Source: Xanthomonas campestris pv. campestris str. ATCC 33913
GTDB lineage: Bacteria > Pseudomonadota > Gammaproteobacteria > Xanthomonadales > Xanthomonadaceae
Direction: 5' to 3'
Length of the DNA: 32,000 bases
NCBI RefSeq assembly: GCF_000007145.1
Contig: NC_003902.1
Location: 2,606,497 to 2,638,496, forward strand
Position 1 is the stretch's first letter. Every line of letters starts with the position of its first letter. Below are positions 17,646-27,751 of the stretch, in pieces. Both the position numbers and the translations under genes were made by a program. The notes beneath the pieces are model-generated. The model worked only from the letters and a program-made list of their open reading frames with translations, had not been told where the DNA came from and did not search any database.

Positions 17646-17789
17646 AAGAGCAGCTATCAAAACGACTGCGCAGCCGCCAGGCGGGCGCGGCCGCTGCTCG
17701 AAATCCTCATGTACCGACGTACACTCCGGTTCCTCCGCGCCGTCCGCAACCACCTGACGACTGCTCGCTACGTTTTGTTAGCCGCTCTA
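17646..17789. repeat. ~144-bp element with long imperfect terminal inverted repeats (MITE/REP-like)
   Basis: AGAGCAGCTATCAAAACGACTGCGCAGCCGCCAGGCGG (left) matches the reverse complement of CCACCTGACGACTGCTCGCTACGTTTTGTTAGCCGCTCT (right). The first 17 bp differ by 2 mismatches and similarity continues for about 38 bp. The interior holds a small palindrome, TGTACCGACGTACA. Confidence 0.6.
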
Positions 17790-17846
17790 AAGCGATCACA
17801 TCGCCGGAAACCGGCACCTCCAACGCGGCGCACTGCCCACGCCCTC

Positions 17847-17878
17847 ACAGCGCGACAGCGCGACAGCGCGACAGCGCG
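17847..17878. repeat. Tandem octamer repeat (ACAGCGCG)x4
   Basis: Four perfect head-to-tail copies lie 50-81 bp upstream of the metX ATG. Confidence 0.9.
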
Positions 17879-17891
17879 TGCCAAGCGTACG

Positions 17892-17921
17892 CATGCCGGC
17901 TCCCGCCATGCCGGATAGAAT
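17892..17921 (+). promoter_or_regulatory. Putative metX promoter: direct repeat CATGCCGG x2 plus a TAGAAT -10 box
   Basis: TAGAAT at 17916-17921 ends 6 nt before the metX ATG (17928). CATGCCGG occurs at 17892-17899 and 17907-17914. The -35 region (ATGCCG) is a weak match. Confidence 0.35.
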
Positions 17922-17927
17922 CACGCG

Positions 17928-19070
17928 ATGACCGAATTCATTCCCACCGGTACCCGCTTCCACGCCCTGCCCTCGCCGTTGCCGATGAAACGCGGCGGTG
18001 TACTGCATCAGGCCAGGGTGGCCTATGAAACCTGGGGCACGCTGGATGCGGACCACGGCAATGCCGTGTTGATCGTCACCGGCCTGTCGCCCAATGCCCA
18101 CGCCGCGGCCAATGCCGACAACCCCGAGCCCGGTTGGTGGGAAGCGATGGTGGGCCCGGGCAAGCCGATCGACACCGATCGCTGGTTCGTGGTGTGCGTC
18201 AACTCGTTGGGCAGTTGCAAAGGCTCCACCGGCCCGGCTTCGATCGACCCGGCCACCGGCGCGCCCTACCGGCTGTCGTTCCCCGAATTGTCCATCGAAG
18301 ATGTCGCCGATGCCGCGGCCGATGTGGTGCGCGCACTGGGCATCGCGCAGCTGGCCTGCCTGATCGGCAACTCGATGGGGGGCATGACCGCGTTGGCGTT
18401 GCTGCTGCGCCACCCGGGCATCGCGCGCAGCCACATCAACATCTCCGGCAGCGCGCAGGCGTTGCCGTTTTCGATCGCCATCCGCTCGCTGCAGCGCGAA
18501 GCCATTCGCCTGGATCCGCACTGGAACGGCGGCCACTACGACGATGTGCAGTACCCGGAATCGGGCATGCGCATGGCGCGCAAGCTGGGCGTGATCACTT
18601 ACCGCTCGGCGCTGGAATGGGATGGCCGTTTCGGCCGCGTGCGGCTGGATTCCGAACTGACCGCCGAGGATCCATTCGGGCTCGAATTCCAGGTCGAAAG
18701 CTATCTCGAAGGCCATGCACGCCGCTTCGTGCGCTTCTTCGACCCCAACTGCTATCTCTATCTAAGCCGCTCGATGGATTGGTTCGATCTGGCCGAATAC
18801 GCACCGGACACACGCGCCGACGCCGCAGCGCCAGAATCCGGCGTGCTGGCAGGGCTGGCGCAGATCCGCATCGCGCGCGCACTGGCGATCGGCGCCAACA
18901 CCGACATCTTGTTCCCGGTGCAGCAGCAGGAACAGATTGCCGAAGGCCTGCGTGCCGGGGGCGCCGATGCACAGTTCCTGGGCCTGGATTCCCCGCAGGG
19001 CCACGACGCCTTCCTGGTGGATTTCGCCCGCTTCGGCCCGGCAGTGCGGGCCTTTCTTGCAGACTGCTGA
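17928..19070 (+). CDS. metX: Homoserine O-acyltransferase, MetX family
   Basis: ORF 17928-19070 (380 aa). VAYETWGTLD, VVCVNSLGSCKGSTGP and the GNSMGGMTAL nucleophile elbow indicate a MetX alpha/beta-hydrolase. An in-frame TAG at 17916-17918 fixes the start at 17928. Confidence 0.92.
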   Translation: MTEFIPTGTRFHALPSPLPMKRGGVLHQARVAYETWGTLDADHGNAVLIVTGLSPNAHAAANADNPEPGWWEAMVGPGKPIDTDRWFVVCVNSLGSCKGSTGPASIDPATGAPYRLSFPELSIEDVADAAADVVRALGIAQLACLIGNSMGGMTALALLLRHPGIARSHINISGSAQALPFSIAIRSLQREAIRLDPHWNGGHYDDVQYPESGMRMARKLGVITYRSALEWDGRFGRVRLDSELTAEDPFGLEFQVESYLEGHARRFVRFFDPNCYLYLSRSMDWFDLAEYAPDTRADAAAPESGVLAGLAQIRIARALAIGANTDILFPVQQQEQIAEGLRAGGADAQFLGLDSPQGHDAFLVDFARFGPAVRAFLADC

Positions 19071-19091
19071 GCCGCTCATGGTGGGGGATCG

Positions 19092-19706
19092 ATGCGTTAT
19101 CAGGGGCGTCTGAGCGATTGGGATGACCACAAGGGCTTCGGGTTCGTCGTGCCGCATGGCGGTGGCGAGCGTGCCTTCGTGCATATCGGCGCATTTGGGC
19201 CGCAGCGGCGGCGGCCCTGCAATGGCGATGTGCTCACCTACGCGGTGCAGCGCGATGCACACGCGCGGCTGAAGGCCACGCAGGTGCGCTGGGCAGACCG
19301 CAGCACCCAGGCCAGGACCCGGCAACGCGGCAGCGGCCTGCCGCGCAAGTTCATTGCGGCGATGTTCCTGGGCGCGATCGTCGCCGCCGTCGTGCTGCAG
19401 CGGCTGCCGTTGCTGGTGCTGCTCTGGTATGTGGCCGCCAGTGGGGTGGCCGTGCTGGCCTACGCCATCGACAAGTCTGCGGCGCAACGCAACCAATGGC
19501 GGACGCCGGAAGCCACCTTGCACCTGATCGGTGTGCTGGGCGGCTGGCCTGGCGCGTTGCTGGCGCAGGAATGGTTTCGCCATAAATGCAGCAAGGCCGC
19601 GTTCCAGCTGGCGTTCTGGATCACCGCCGGGTTGAATGTCGGCCTGTTGCTGTGGGCCTGGCTGCAGCCGGGGCTGATGGCCACGCTCCGGGCGGTGCTG
19701 GACTGA
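19092..19706 (+). CDS. Cold-shock-domain / DUF1294 membrane protein
   Basis: ORF 19092-19706. The N-terminus GRLSDWDDHKGFGFVVPHGGGERAFVHIGAF is an OB/CSD fold. The C-terminal half has TM helices and WRTPEATLHLIGVLGGWPGALLAQEWFRHKCSK, typical of DUF1294. Confidence 0.85.
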   Translation: MRYQGRLSDWDDHKGFGFVVPHGGGERAFVHIGAFGPQRRRPCNGDVLTYAVQRDAHARLKATQVRWADRSTQARTRQRGSGLPRKFIAAMFLGAIVAAVVLQRLPLLVLLWYVAASGVAVLAYAIDKSAAQRNQWRTPEATLHLIGVLGGWPGALLAQEWFRHKCSKAAFQLAFWITAGLNVGLLLWAWLQPGLMATLRAVLD

Positions 19707-19722
19707 GCACGGCACCGTGACT

Positions 19723-19752
19723 GCGACACGCACCGGGACAGGTGCGTCTCGC
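19723..19752. terminator. Hairpin between convergent genes (candidate bidirectional terminator, no U-tract)
   Basis: GCGACACGCACC (19723-19734), loop GGGACA, GGTGCGTCTCGC (19741-19752), giving 12 bp with 1 mismatch. It abuts the cydC stop codon (19753-19755). Confidence 0.45.
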
Positions 19753-21425
19753 TCAGGGCAGCGCTTCCAGCACCCCGTCCCGCATCCGGTAGCGCCGCTG
19801 CACCACGCCGTCGGGCACGCTGTCGTGGGTGATCATCACCAGGCTGCGCTGGCCGAGGGCGGCGGCGAGGTCAATCAACAGCGCATCTGCGGTATCCACG
19901 TCCAGGCCGTCGGTGGGTTCGTCCAGCAGCAGGATCTGCGCATCGCGCAACAGCGCGCGTGCCAAAGCGAGCCGGCGGGCCTGGCCAGCCGAAAGCGTGG
20001 CGCCGTTTTCGCCCACCCAGGTCTCCAGGCCGTTCTGGGTGGTGGCCCAGTCGCGCAGGCGCACCTGATCGAGCACGGCCCATAGCGCGGCATCGCTGGC
20101 AGCGGCATCGCCGATGGCCAGGTTCTCGCGCACCGTGCCGGCAAACACCGGCGCGTTCTGCGGCAGCCAGGCAATGCGTTGGTGCCACTGCGCCTGGGCG
20201 AACGCACGCAGCGCGATGCCGGCGTAGTCCACCTGCCCGTCTTGCGGGTCCCACAGCCGCAGCAGCAGGGCCGACAGCGTGCTCTTGCCGCTGCCGCTAT
20301 CGCCGCTGATGGCGATGCGCTCGCCCGGGCCCAGCCGCAGGTCCACCGCCTGCAGCACCGGCCGCGCGGCCCCCGGCCAGGCAAAGCGCACCTGGCGCAG
20401 TTCCAGCACACCGCTGGGCGGCACCGCGACCGGCTGCGGCGGGTCCTGCACCGAAGGCGCCTGGTCCACGATCGCCTGCAGGCGCTGCCCGGCCACGCGC
20501 GCACTCTGCAGCGCCTGCAACGCCAGGCCGGCGCCGGCCCACACCTCCAGCAAGGCCATGGTCAGGAACACCAGGCCGGCTGCCATCGCGGCGTCGATCA
20601 GGTCGCGTTCGGCCGCATCCAGCGCCAGCCACAGCATGCCCGCCAAGCCGATGCCGCCGCAGAGCGCATGCAGCAAATTGCCGCCGATCAGGTGCCGCCG
20701 CTGGCTGCGGTCGCCCTGCGCCAAGGCCGTGGCGGCGGTGTCGATGCGGGTGATCCAGGTGCCTTGTGCCTCCACCGCGGCCAGATCCGCCGCGCCCTCC
20801 AGTCCCTCGAAGGCTTGCGTGCGCAAGGCGGCGCGCTGCTGGGTGCGGCGCTGTTCGCGCGCGGCGCCGCCACGCGCCACCTGCCACGGCACCAGCACGC
20901 CGATCAGCAGCCCCAGCACCACCAGCAGCGCTGCAGCCGGTGGGTAGATCACCGCGGCGGCCATCACGCCGGCGCACCACACACCCAGTAATGCAGACAG
21001 CGGTGCCAGCGCGCGCACGCTGACGCCATCGACCTCGCCGATATCGGACATCAGCCGCGCCAGCAGGTCACCGGTGCGTGTGGCCGACAGGCGTCCGGGT
21101 GCGAGCGGCAAGGCGCGACGGAAGAACCACACCCGCGCATCGCGCGCAATGCGCAAGGTGGCGTCGTGGCCGATCAGTTTCTCGCCGTAGCGCGACACGA
21201 TCCGCGCGAACGTCAACGCCCGGATCCCGGCCGAGGGCGAGAAAAAATTGAAGCCCGAGCCCATCCCGGCAACACCGGCCAGGGCTGCGGCGGTGAGAAA
21301 CCCGCCAGACAGGCTGAGCAAGCCAACGCCCGTCAGCGCGGTGACCAGCACCAGCACCGCCGACACCAGCAACCGCCACAGGTGGCGGGTAAACACATCG
21401 CGCAGGCGATCAGGTGCCGGGTGCT

Positions 21426-21429
<4 letters not shown>
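19753..21429 (-). CDS. cydC: Cysteine/glutathione ABC exporter subunit CydC
   Basis: ATG 21429 (MKHPAPDRLRDVFTRHLWRLL...) within the artificially long ORF 19753-22629. It has six TM helices plus an NBD with GDSGSGKST, LSAGQARRLALARAL and ILLLDEPT. ATGA overlap with the cydD stop. Confidence 0.9.
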
Positions 21430-23159
<1,730 letters not shown>

Positions 23160-23235
23160 CGCGGCGGATCGCAATTGTAAGTCGCCATCCCACGGCTGCG
23201 GGTTGGACAGTCTGACGCACCCATCGGTGGCCGCC

Positions 23236-23249
23236 TTGATTTGGATCAA
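23236..23249. promoter_or_regulatory. FNR/CRP-family binding site, perfect TTGAT-N4-ATCAA
   Basis: TTGATTTGGATCAA sits in the 159-bp divergent cydD/cydA region. Its centre is about 76 nt from the cydA ATG and about 83 nt from the cydD ATG. Confidence 0.6.
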
Positions 23250-23318
23250 CGCGCCGGGCGCGGCAGGGGCAGATCATCCGCTGTGTTCCTACCGACACTC
23301 AACCAGGTCCACCCTGCC

Positions 23319-24911
23319 ATGATCGACTCGACAGTCGTTGAACTGTCGCGGCTGCAGTTCGCACTGACCGCGATGTACCACTTTCTCTTCGTCCCGCTGA
23401 CCCTGGGGCTCTCTTTCATGATTGCGATCATGGAGAGCGTCTATGTGATGACCGGCAAGGACGTCTGGCGCCGCATGACGCTGTTCTGGGGCGTGCTGTT
23501 CGGCATCAATTTCGCCATGGGTGTCGGCACCGGCATCGTGATGGAGTTCCAGTTCGGCATGAACTGGTCGTACTACAGCCACTATGTCGGCGACATCTTC
23601 GGCGCGCCGCTGGCGATCGAAGGCCTGATGGCGTTCTTCCTGGAAGCGACCTTCATCGGCCTGTTCTTTTTCGGCTGGAGCCGGCTCTCGCGCGTGCAGC
23701 ACCTCACGGTGACCTGGCTGATGGCGCTGGGCACCAACCTGTCGGCGCTGTGGATCCTGATCGCCAACGGCTGGATGCAGAACCCCACCGGTGCGGTGTT
23801 CAACCCGGACACCATGCGCATGGAAGTGGTGGACTTCATGGCGGTGCTGTTCAACCCGGTGGCGCAGGCCAAGTTCGTGCACACGGTGAGCGCGGGCTAC
23901 GTTACCGGCGCAATGTTCGTGATGTCGATCAGTGCGTTGTTCCTGCTGCGCGGCACGCACCGAGAGCTGGCCCGGCGCTCGTTCGCGGTGGCTGCGGCGT
24001 TCGGCCTGTTCTCGGCGCTGTCGGTGGTGGTGCTCGGCGATGAGAGCGGCTATGCCGCCAACGAACACCAGAAGATGAAGCTGGCCGCAATCGAGGCGAT
24101 GTGGGAGACCGAAGCGGCACCGGCCAACTTCACCGCGTTCGGCATTCCCAACCAGACCACACACCGCAACGATTACGCGATCCAGCTGCCCTACCTGATG
24201 GGGCTGGTGGCCACGCGCTCGCTGGACCAGCAGATCCCCGGCATCCTGGATCTGGTCAAGCGTGCCGAACACCGCATCCGCGGCGGGCAGATCGCCTACG
24301 GTGCATTGCAACGCCTGCGTGCCGACAAGCACGATGTTGAAGCACGCAAGGTGTTCGATGCGCATTGGCAGGATCTGGGCCACGGGCTGCTGCTCAAGCG
24401 CTATCGCGATGACATCGGCAATGCCACGCCAGAGCAGATTGCACAGGCAGCTATGGACACCGTGCCACGCGTCTTGCCGCTGTTCTGGACGTTCCGGGTG
24501 ATGGCGGCACTGGGCTTCTATCTGATCGTCTTCTTCGCCGCCGCGTTCTGGTTCTCGTGCAAGCACACGTTCGAAGACAAGCGCTGGTTCCTGACGGTGG
24601 CGCTGTGGTCGTTGCCGGCACCGTGGATCGCCATCGAATGCGGCTGGTTCGTGGCCGAGTACGGCCGCCAGCCGTGGGCGGTGGAAGGCGTGCTGCCCAC
24701 GTTCTATGCCGCCTCCGGTCTTGCCTTGCATCAGATCCTGCTCTCGCTGGGCGGCTTCGTGGCGCTGTACACGGTGCTGCTGATCATCGAGATCAAGCTG
24801 ATGCTCAACGCCATCCGCAAAGGCCCGGACGCGTTCTTTCCCGCCTTGCGTGACACCACCTCCCCTGCCCCCGCGCATGCCGGCGATGCGCTGGCTGGCG
24901 CTCAACCGTAA
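23319..24911 (+). CDS. cydA: Cytochrome bd ubiquinol oxidase subunit I
   Basis: ATG 23319 in ORF 23241-24911. LSRLQFALTAMYHFLFVPLTLGL and GIVMEFQFGMNWSYYSHYVGDIFGAPLAIEGLMAFFLEATFIGLFFFGW are CydA hallmarks. Confidence 0.95.
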   Translation: MIDSTVVELSRLQFALTAMYHFLFVPLTLGLSFMIAIMESVYVMTGKDVWRRMTLFWGVLFGINFAMGVGTGIVMEFQFGMNWSYYSHYVGDIFGAPLAIEGLMAFFLEATFIGLFFFGWSRLSRVQHLTVTWLMALGTNLSALWILIANGWMQNPTGAVFNPDTMRMEVVDFMAVLFNPVAQAKFVHTVSAGYVTGAMFVMSISALFLLRGTHRELARRSFAVAAAFGLFSALSVVVLGDESGYAANEHQKMKLAAIEAMWETEAAPANFTAFGIPNQTTHRNDYAIQLPYLMGLVATRSLDQQIPGILDLVKRAEHRIRGGQIAYGALQRLRADKHDVEARKVFDAHWQDLGHGLLLKRYRDDIGNATPEQIAQAAMDTVPRVLPLFWTFRVMAALGFYLIVFFAAAFWFSCKHTFEDKRWFLTVALWSLPAPWIAIECGWFVAEYGRQPWAVEGVLPTFYAASGLALHQILLSLGGFVALYTVLLIIEIKLMLNAIRKGPDAFFPALRDTTSPAPAHAGDALAGAQP

Positions 24912-24926
24912 CGGTCGGAGACACCC

Positions 24927-26078
24927 ATGGATTTCATTGGATTGGACTACACAACGCTGCGCGTGATCTGGTGGCTACTGCTCGGCATCCTGCTGATCGG
25001 GTTTGCGGTCATGGACGGGTTCGACCTGGGCGTGGGCGCGCTGCTGCCGTTTGTGGCGCGCACCGATGCCGAGCGCCGGCTGGTGGTCAACACCATCGGC
25101 CCGGTATGGGAAGGCAACCAGGTGTGGCTGGTGCTCGGTGGCGGGGCAATCTTCGCAGCCTGGCCACCGTTGTATGCGGTGAGCTTTTCGGGCTTTTATC
25201 TGGCGATGTTCGTGATCCTGTTTGCGCTGATCCTGCGCCCGGTGGGTTTCAAATACCGCGGCAAGCTACCGGGGCAGCGCTGGCGCACCAACTGGGACTG
25301 GGCGCTGTTTGTCGGCGGCTTCATTCCGGCGCTGATCATGGGCGTGGCGGTGGGCAACGTGGTGCTGGGTGTGCCATTCCATTTCGACGACAGCCTGCGC
25401 GTGTTCTACACCGGTAGTTTCTTCGGCTTGTTGACGCCCTTCGCGTTGCTGGCCGGCCTGCTCAGCGTGGCGATGCTGGTGGCGCATGGCGCGGCGATGC
25501 TGGTGCTCAAGACCGACGGCCCGGTTGCGGACCGCGCGGCGCGCTACGGCAGTATTGCGGCCGTGCTCGGCGTGGCGTTGTTTGCAGGTGCCGGTGCCTG
25601 GGTGGCGTTCGGGTTGCCCGGCTATGTGGTGACCTCGGCAACGGTGACCGATGCGGCCACTGACCCGCTTGGCAAGACCGCCGCCCTCACCGCCGCCGGT
25701 GGCTGGCTGCACAACTACCGCAGCATGCCCGCCACTGCAGTTGCGCCGCTGGTCGGCCTGCTGGGATTAGCCCTCAACGCGGCGCTGCTGCGCGCACGCC
25801 GTGGCGGCCTGGCGTTCATTGCCTCGGGCAGTGCCATCGCCGGCATCATCCTGACCGTGGGCTTTGCGCTGTTTCCGTTCCTGCTGCCCTCTTCCAGCGC
25901 ACCGGGCTCGAGCCTGACGCTGTGGGATGCCTCCAGCAGCCGGCTGACGCTGTGGATCATGTTGCTGGCCACTGCGGTGTTCCTGCCGATCATCATCGCC
26001 TACACCACCTGGGTCTACCGCGTGCTCAAGGGCAAGGTCACCGCCGAAGAGATGGCCGGCAATCCCAACGCGTATTGA
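24927..26078 (+). CDS. cydB: Cytochrome bd ubiquinol oxidase subunit II
   Basis: ORF 24927-26078 with GGAG 7 nt upstream. [27 protein letters not shown]...[12 protein letters not shown] is typical of CydB. Confidence 0.95.
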   Translation: MDFIGLDYTTLRVIWWLLLGILLIGFAVMDGFDLGVGALLPFVARTDAERRLVVNTIGPVWEGNQVWLVLGGGAIFAAWPPLYAVSFSGFYLAMFVILFALILRPVGFKYRGKLPGQRWRTNWDWALFVGGFIPALIMGVAVGNVVLGVPFHFDDSLRVFYTGSFFGLLTPFALLAGLLSVAMLVAHGAAMLVLKTDGPVADRAARYGSIAAVLGVALFAGAGAWVAFGLPGYVVTSATVTDAATDPLGKTAALTAAGGWLHNYRSMPATAVAPLVGLLGLALNAALLRARRGGLAFIASGSAIAGIILTVGFALFPFLLPSSSAPGSSLTLWDASSSRLTLWIMLLATAVFLPIIIAYTTWVYRVLKGKVTAEEMAGNPNAY

Positions 26079-26156
26079 GCGCACACCTGCGGGCGCTGCT
26101 GCACGGCGCACCACCGCTCGCATGCCCACACTTCAACGCAACAAGGAGTAACACCG

Positions 26157-26258
26157 ATGTGGTATTTCGCATGGATTCTTGGCACCGGTCTGGCCGCACT
26201 GGCTGCCGTGCTCAACGGCATGTGGTTCGAGGCGCGCGAGCAAGACACACCGCATTGA
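26157..26258 (+). CDS. cydX: Cytochrome bd oxidase small subunit CydX (33 aa)
   Basis: Not in the ORF track because it is under 60 aa. AAGGAG (26143-26148) lies 8 nt before ATG 26157. MWYFAWILGTGLAALAAVLNGMWFEAREQDTPH has the conserved MWYFxWILG start, a single TM helix and a position just after cydB. Confidence 0.85.
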   Translation: MWYFAWILGTGLAALAAVLNGMWFEAREQDTPH

Positions 26259-26279
26259 TAAAAAAGTTGTCTGCAGTGC

Positions 26280-26308
26280 TTGCCGATTTGGCATTCCCTA
26301 TGTAACAT
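26280..26308 (+). promoter_or_regulatory. Candidate sigma70 promoter for tRNA-Pro (TTGCCG-17 bp-TAACAT)
   Basis: Hexamers at 26280-26285 and 26303-26308 have 17-bp spacing and sit in a locally AT-rich stretch 13 nt upstream of the tRNA 5' end. Confidence 0.3.
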
Positions 26309-26320
26309 ACGCGGCTCCTT

Positions 26321-26397
<77 letters not shown>

Positions 26398-26403
26398 AGT
26401 TTC

Positions 26404-26440
26404 AAAACACACAACCGGCCTCGTGCCGGTTTTGTGTTTT
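26404..26440 (+). terminator. Rho-independent terminator after tRNA-Pro
   Basis: AAAACACACAACCGGC / GCCGGTTTTGTGTTTT form a 16-bp stem (1 mismatch) around loop CTCGT, ending in a T-rich run. Confidence 0.8.
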
Positions 26441-26482
26441 CAGGCGCCGCCATAATGCTGTGGTCGGTGCGGACGGTCTGTC

Positions 26483-27751
26483 ATGTCTGGTGCACTTTCT
26501 GCCGCTGCCTCACCTTCCACACAGCGACGTGGTCGCGGGGTGGTGCTGGCTGCGGTTCTGTTGTCTGCGTTCAATCTGCGCACGGCGGTGACCTCGCTGA
26601 CGCCGCTGCTGGAACGCATCGCGCATGAGTACGATTTTGGTGCCCCCACGATGGGCGCGCTGGGCATGTTGCCCACTGCCGCGTTCGCGCTCACCGGCGT
26701 GGCCACGCCCGCGTTGCTGCGCCGGTTCGGGCTGCTGCAGACCGCACTGATTGCCATGGGCCTGGCCACGATCGGTTTGCTGGTGCGCCCGCTGTTGCCG
26801 GGCACCGGCGGATTGCTGCTGGGCTCGCTGGTGGCGCTGGCCGGCATGGGCGTAGGCAACGTGGTGCTGCCGCCGCTGGTGAAGCGCTATTTCGGCGACC
26901 GCGTGGGTGGCGTCAGCACGCTGTACATCACCGTGCTGCAGGTGGGCACGCTGTTGCCGGCGCTGATGGCGGTGCCGGTGGCCGATGCCTGGGGCTGGCG
27001 CAGTTCGATGATGGTGTGGATGCTGCCGGCGCTGCTGGCGTTGATCGCGTGGGCGCTGGTGCATGCGCGCCATCGCCGCCTGGCCGCGACCGGGCCGGCG
27101 CCGGTGACGCCCACCCCGGAGGCCGAAGGCCGCGTGGCACGCACCGCGCTGGGCTGGAGCATGGCGCTGACCTTCGGCATGACCTCGCTGGTGACCTATT
27201 CGATGTTCACCTGGCTGCCGACGCTGTTCCGCGAGGCCGGTGCGTCGCCCGCCTTCGGCGGCACCATGGTGGCGTTGTTCTCGGCGCTGGGCATGGTTGG
27301 TGCGCTGACCATGCCCGCCCTGGCGGTGCGCCTGCGCAACCCATTCCCGATCGTGCTGCTGTGCGCAGCCTGCCACCTGGTGGCGTTCGCCGGGCTGTGG
27401 TGGGCACCGCTGGCGGCGCCGATCCTGTGGGTCACCCTGCTCGGCCTGGGGCCCAGCACGTTCCCGCTGGCACTGGTGCTGGTCAACCAGCGCAGCCGCA
27501 CTGCCGCCGGCTCGGCGGCACTGTCGGGGTTTTCGCAGGGCATGGGCTACCTGGTGAGCTGCCTGGGGCCGTTCCTGTTCGGCTGGCTGCACGCCCACCG
27601 CGGCGGCTGGACCTCCCCCTTCCTGTTCCTGGCCGCCTGCATCTTGATCCAGCTGGTGGCCGCCTGGGTGGCCTGCCGCCCGCAGTGGCTGGAAGACGTA
27701 TGGGCGCCGCCGGCACGCAGCGCCCGTGGCGTCAACGCACCGGCAGACTGA
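26483..27751 (+). CDS. MFS transporter, CynX/NimT-like
   Basis: ORF 26483-27751 (422 aa) with about 12 predicted TM helices. The N-terminal LSAFNLRTAVTSLTPLLERIAHEY.. pattern resembles the cyanate-transporter (CynX) subfamily. Confidence 0.8.
   Translation: MSGALSAAASPSTQRRGRGVVLAAVLLSAFNLRTAVTSLTPLLERIAHEYDFGAPTMGALGMLPTAAFALTGVATPALLRRFGLLQTALIAMGLATIGLLVRPLLPGTGGLLLGSLVALAGMGVGNVVLPPLVKRYFGDRVGGVSTLYITVLQVGTLLPALMAVPVADAWGWRSSMMVWMLPALLALIAWALVHARHRRLAATGPAPVTPTPEAEGRVARTALGWSMALTFGMTSLVTYSMFTWLPTLFREAGASPAFGGTMVALFSALGMVGALTMPALAVRLRNPFPIVLLCAACHLVAFAGLWWAPLAAPILWVTLLGLGPSTFPLALVLVNQRSRTAAGSAALSGFSQGMGYLVSCLGPFLFGWLHAHRGGWTSPFLFLAACILIQLVAAWVACRPQWLEDVWAPPARSARGVNAPAD

Noticed and set aside
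17588-17927. SAM (S-box/SAM-II) riboswitch or attenuator upstream of metX.
   Set aside because: None of the conserved S-box cores I can recall are present. The in-frame TAG and the -10 box 6 nt from the ATG leave no space for a leader if that promoter is used.
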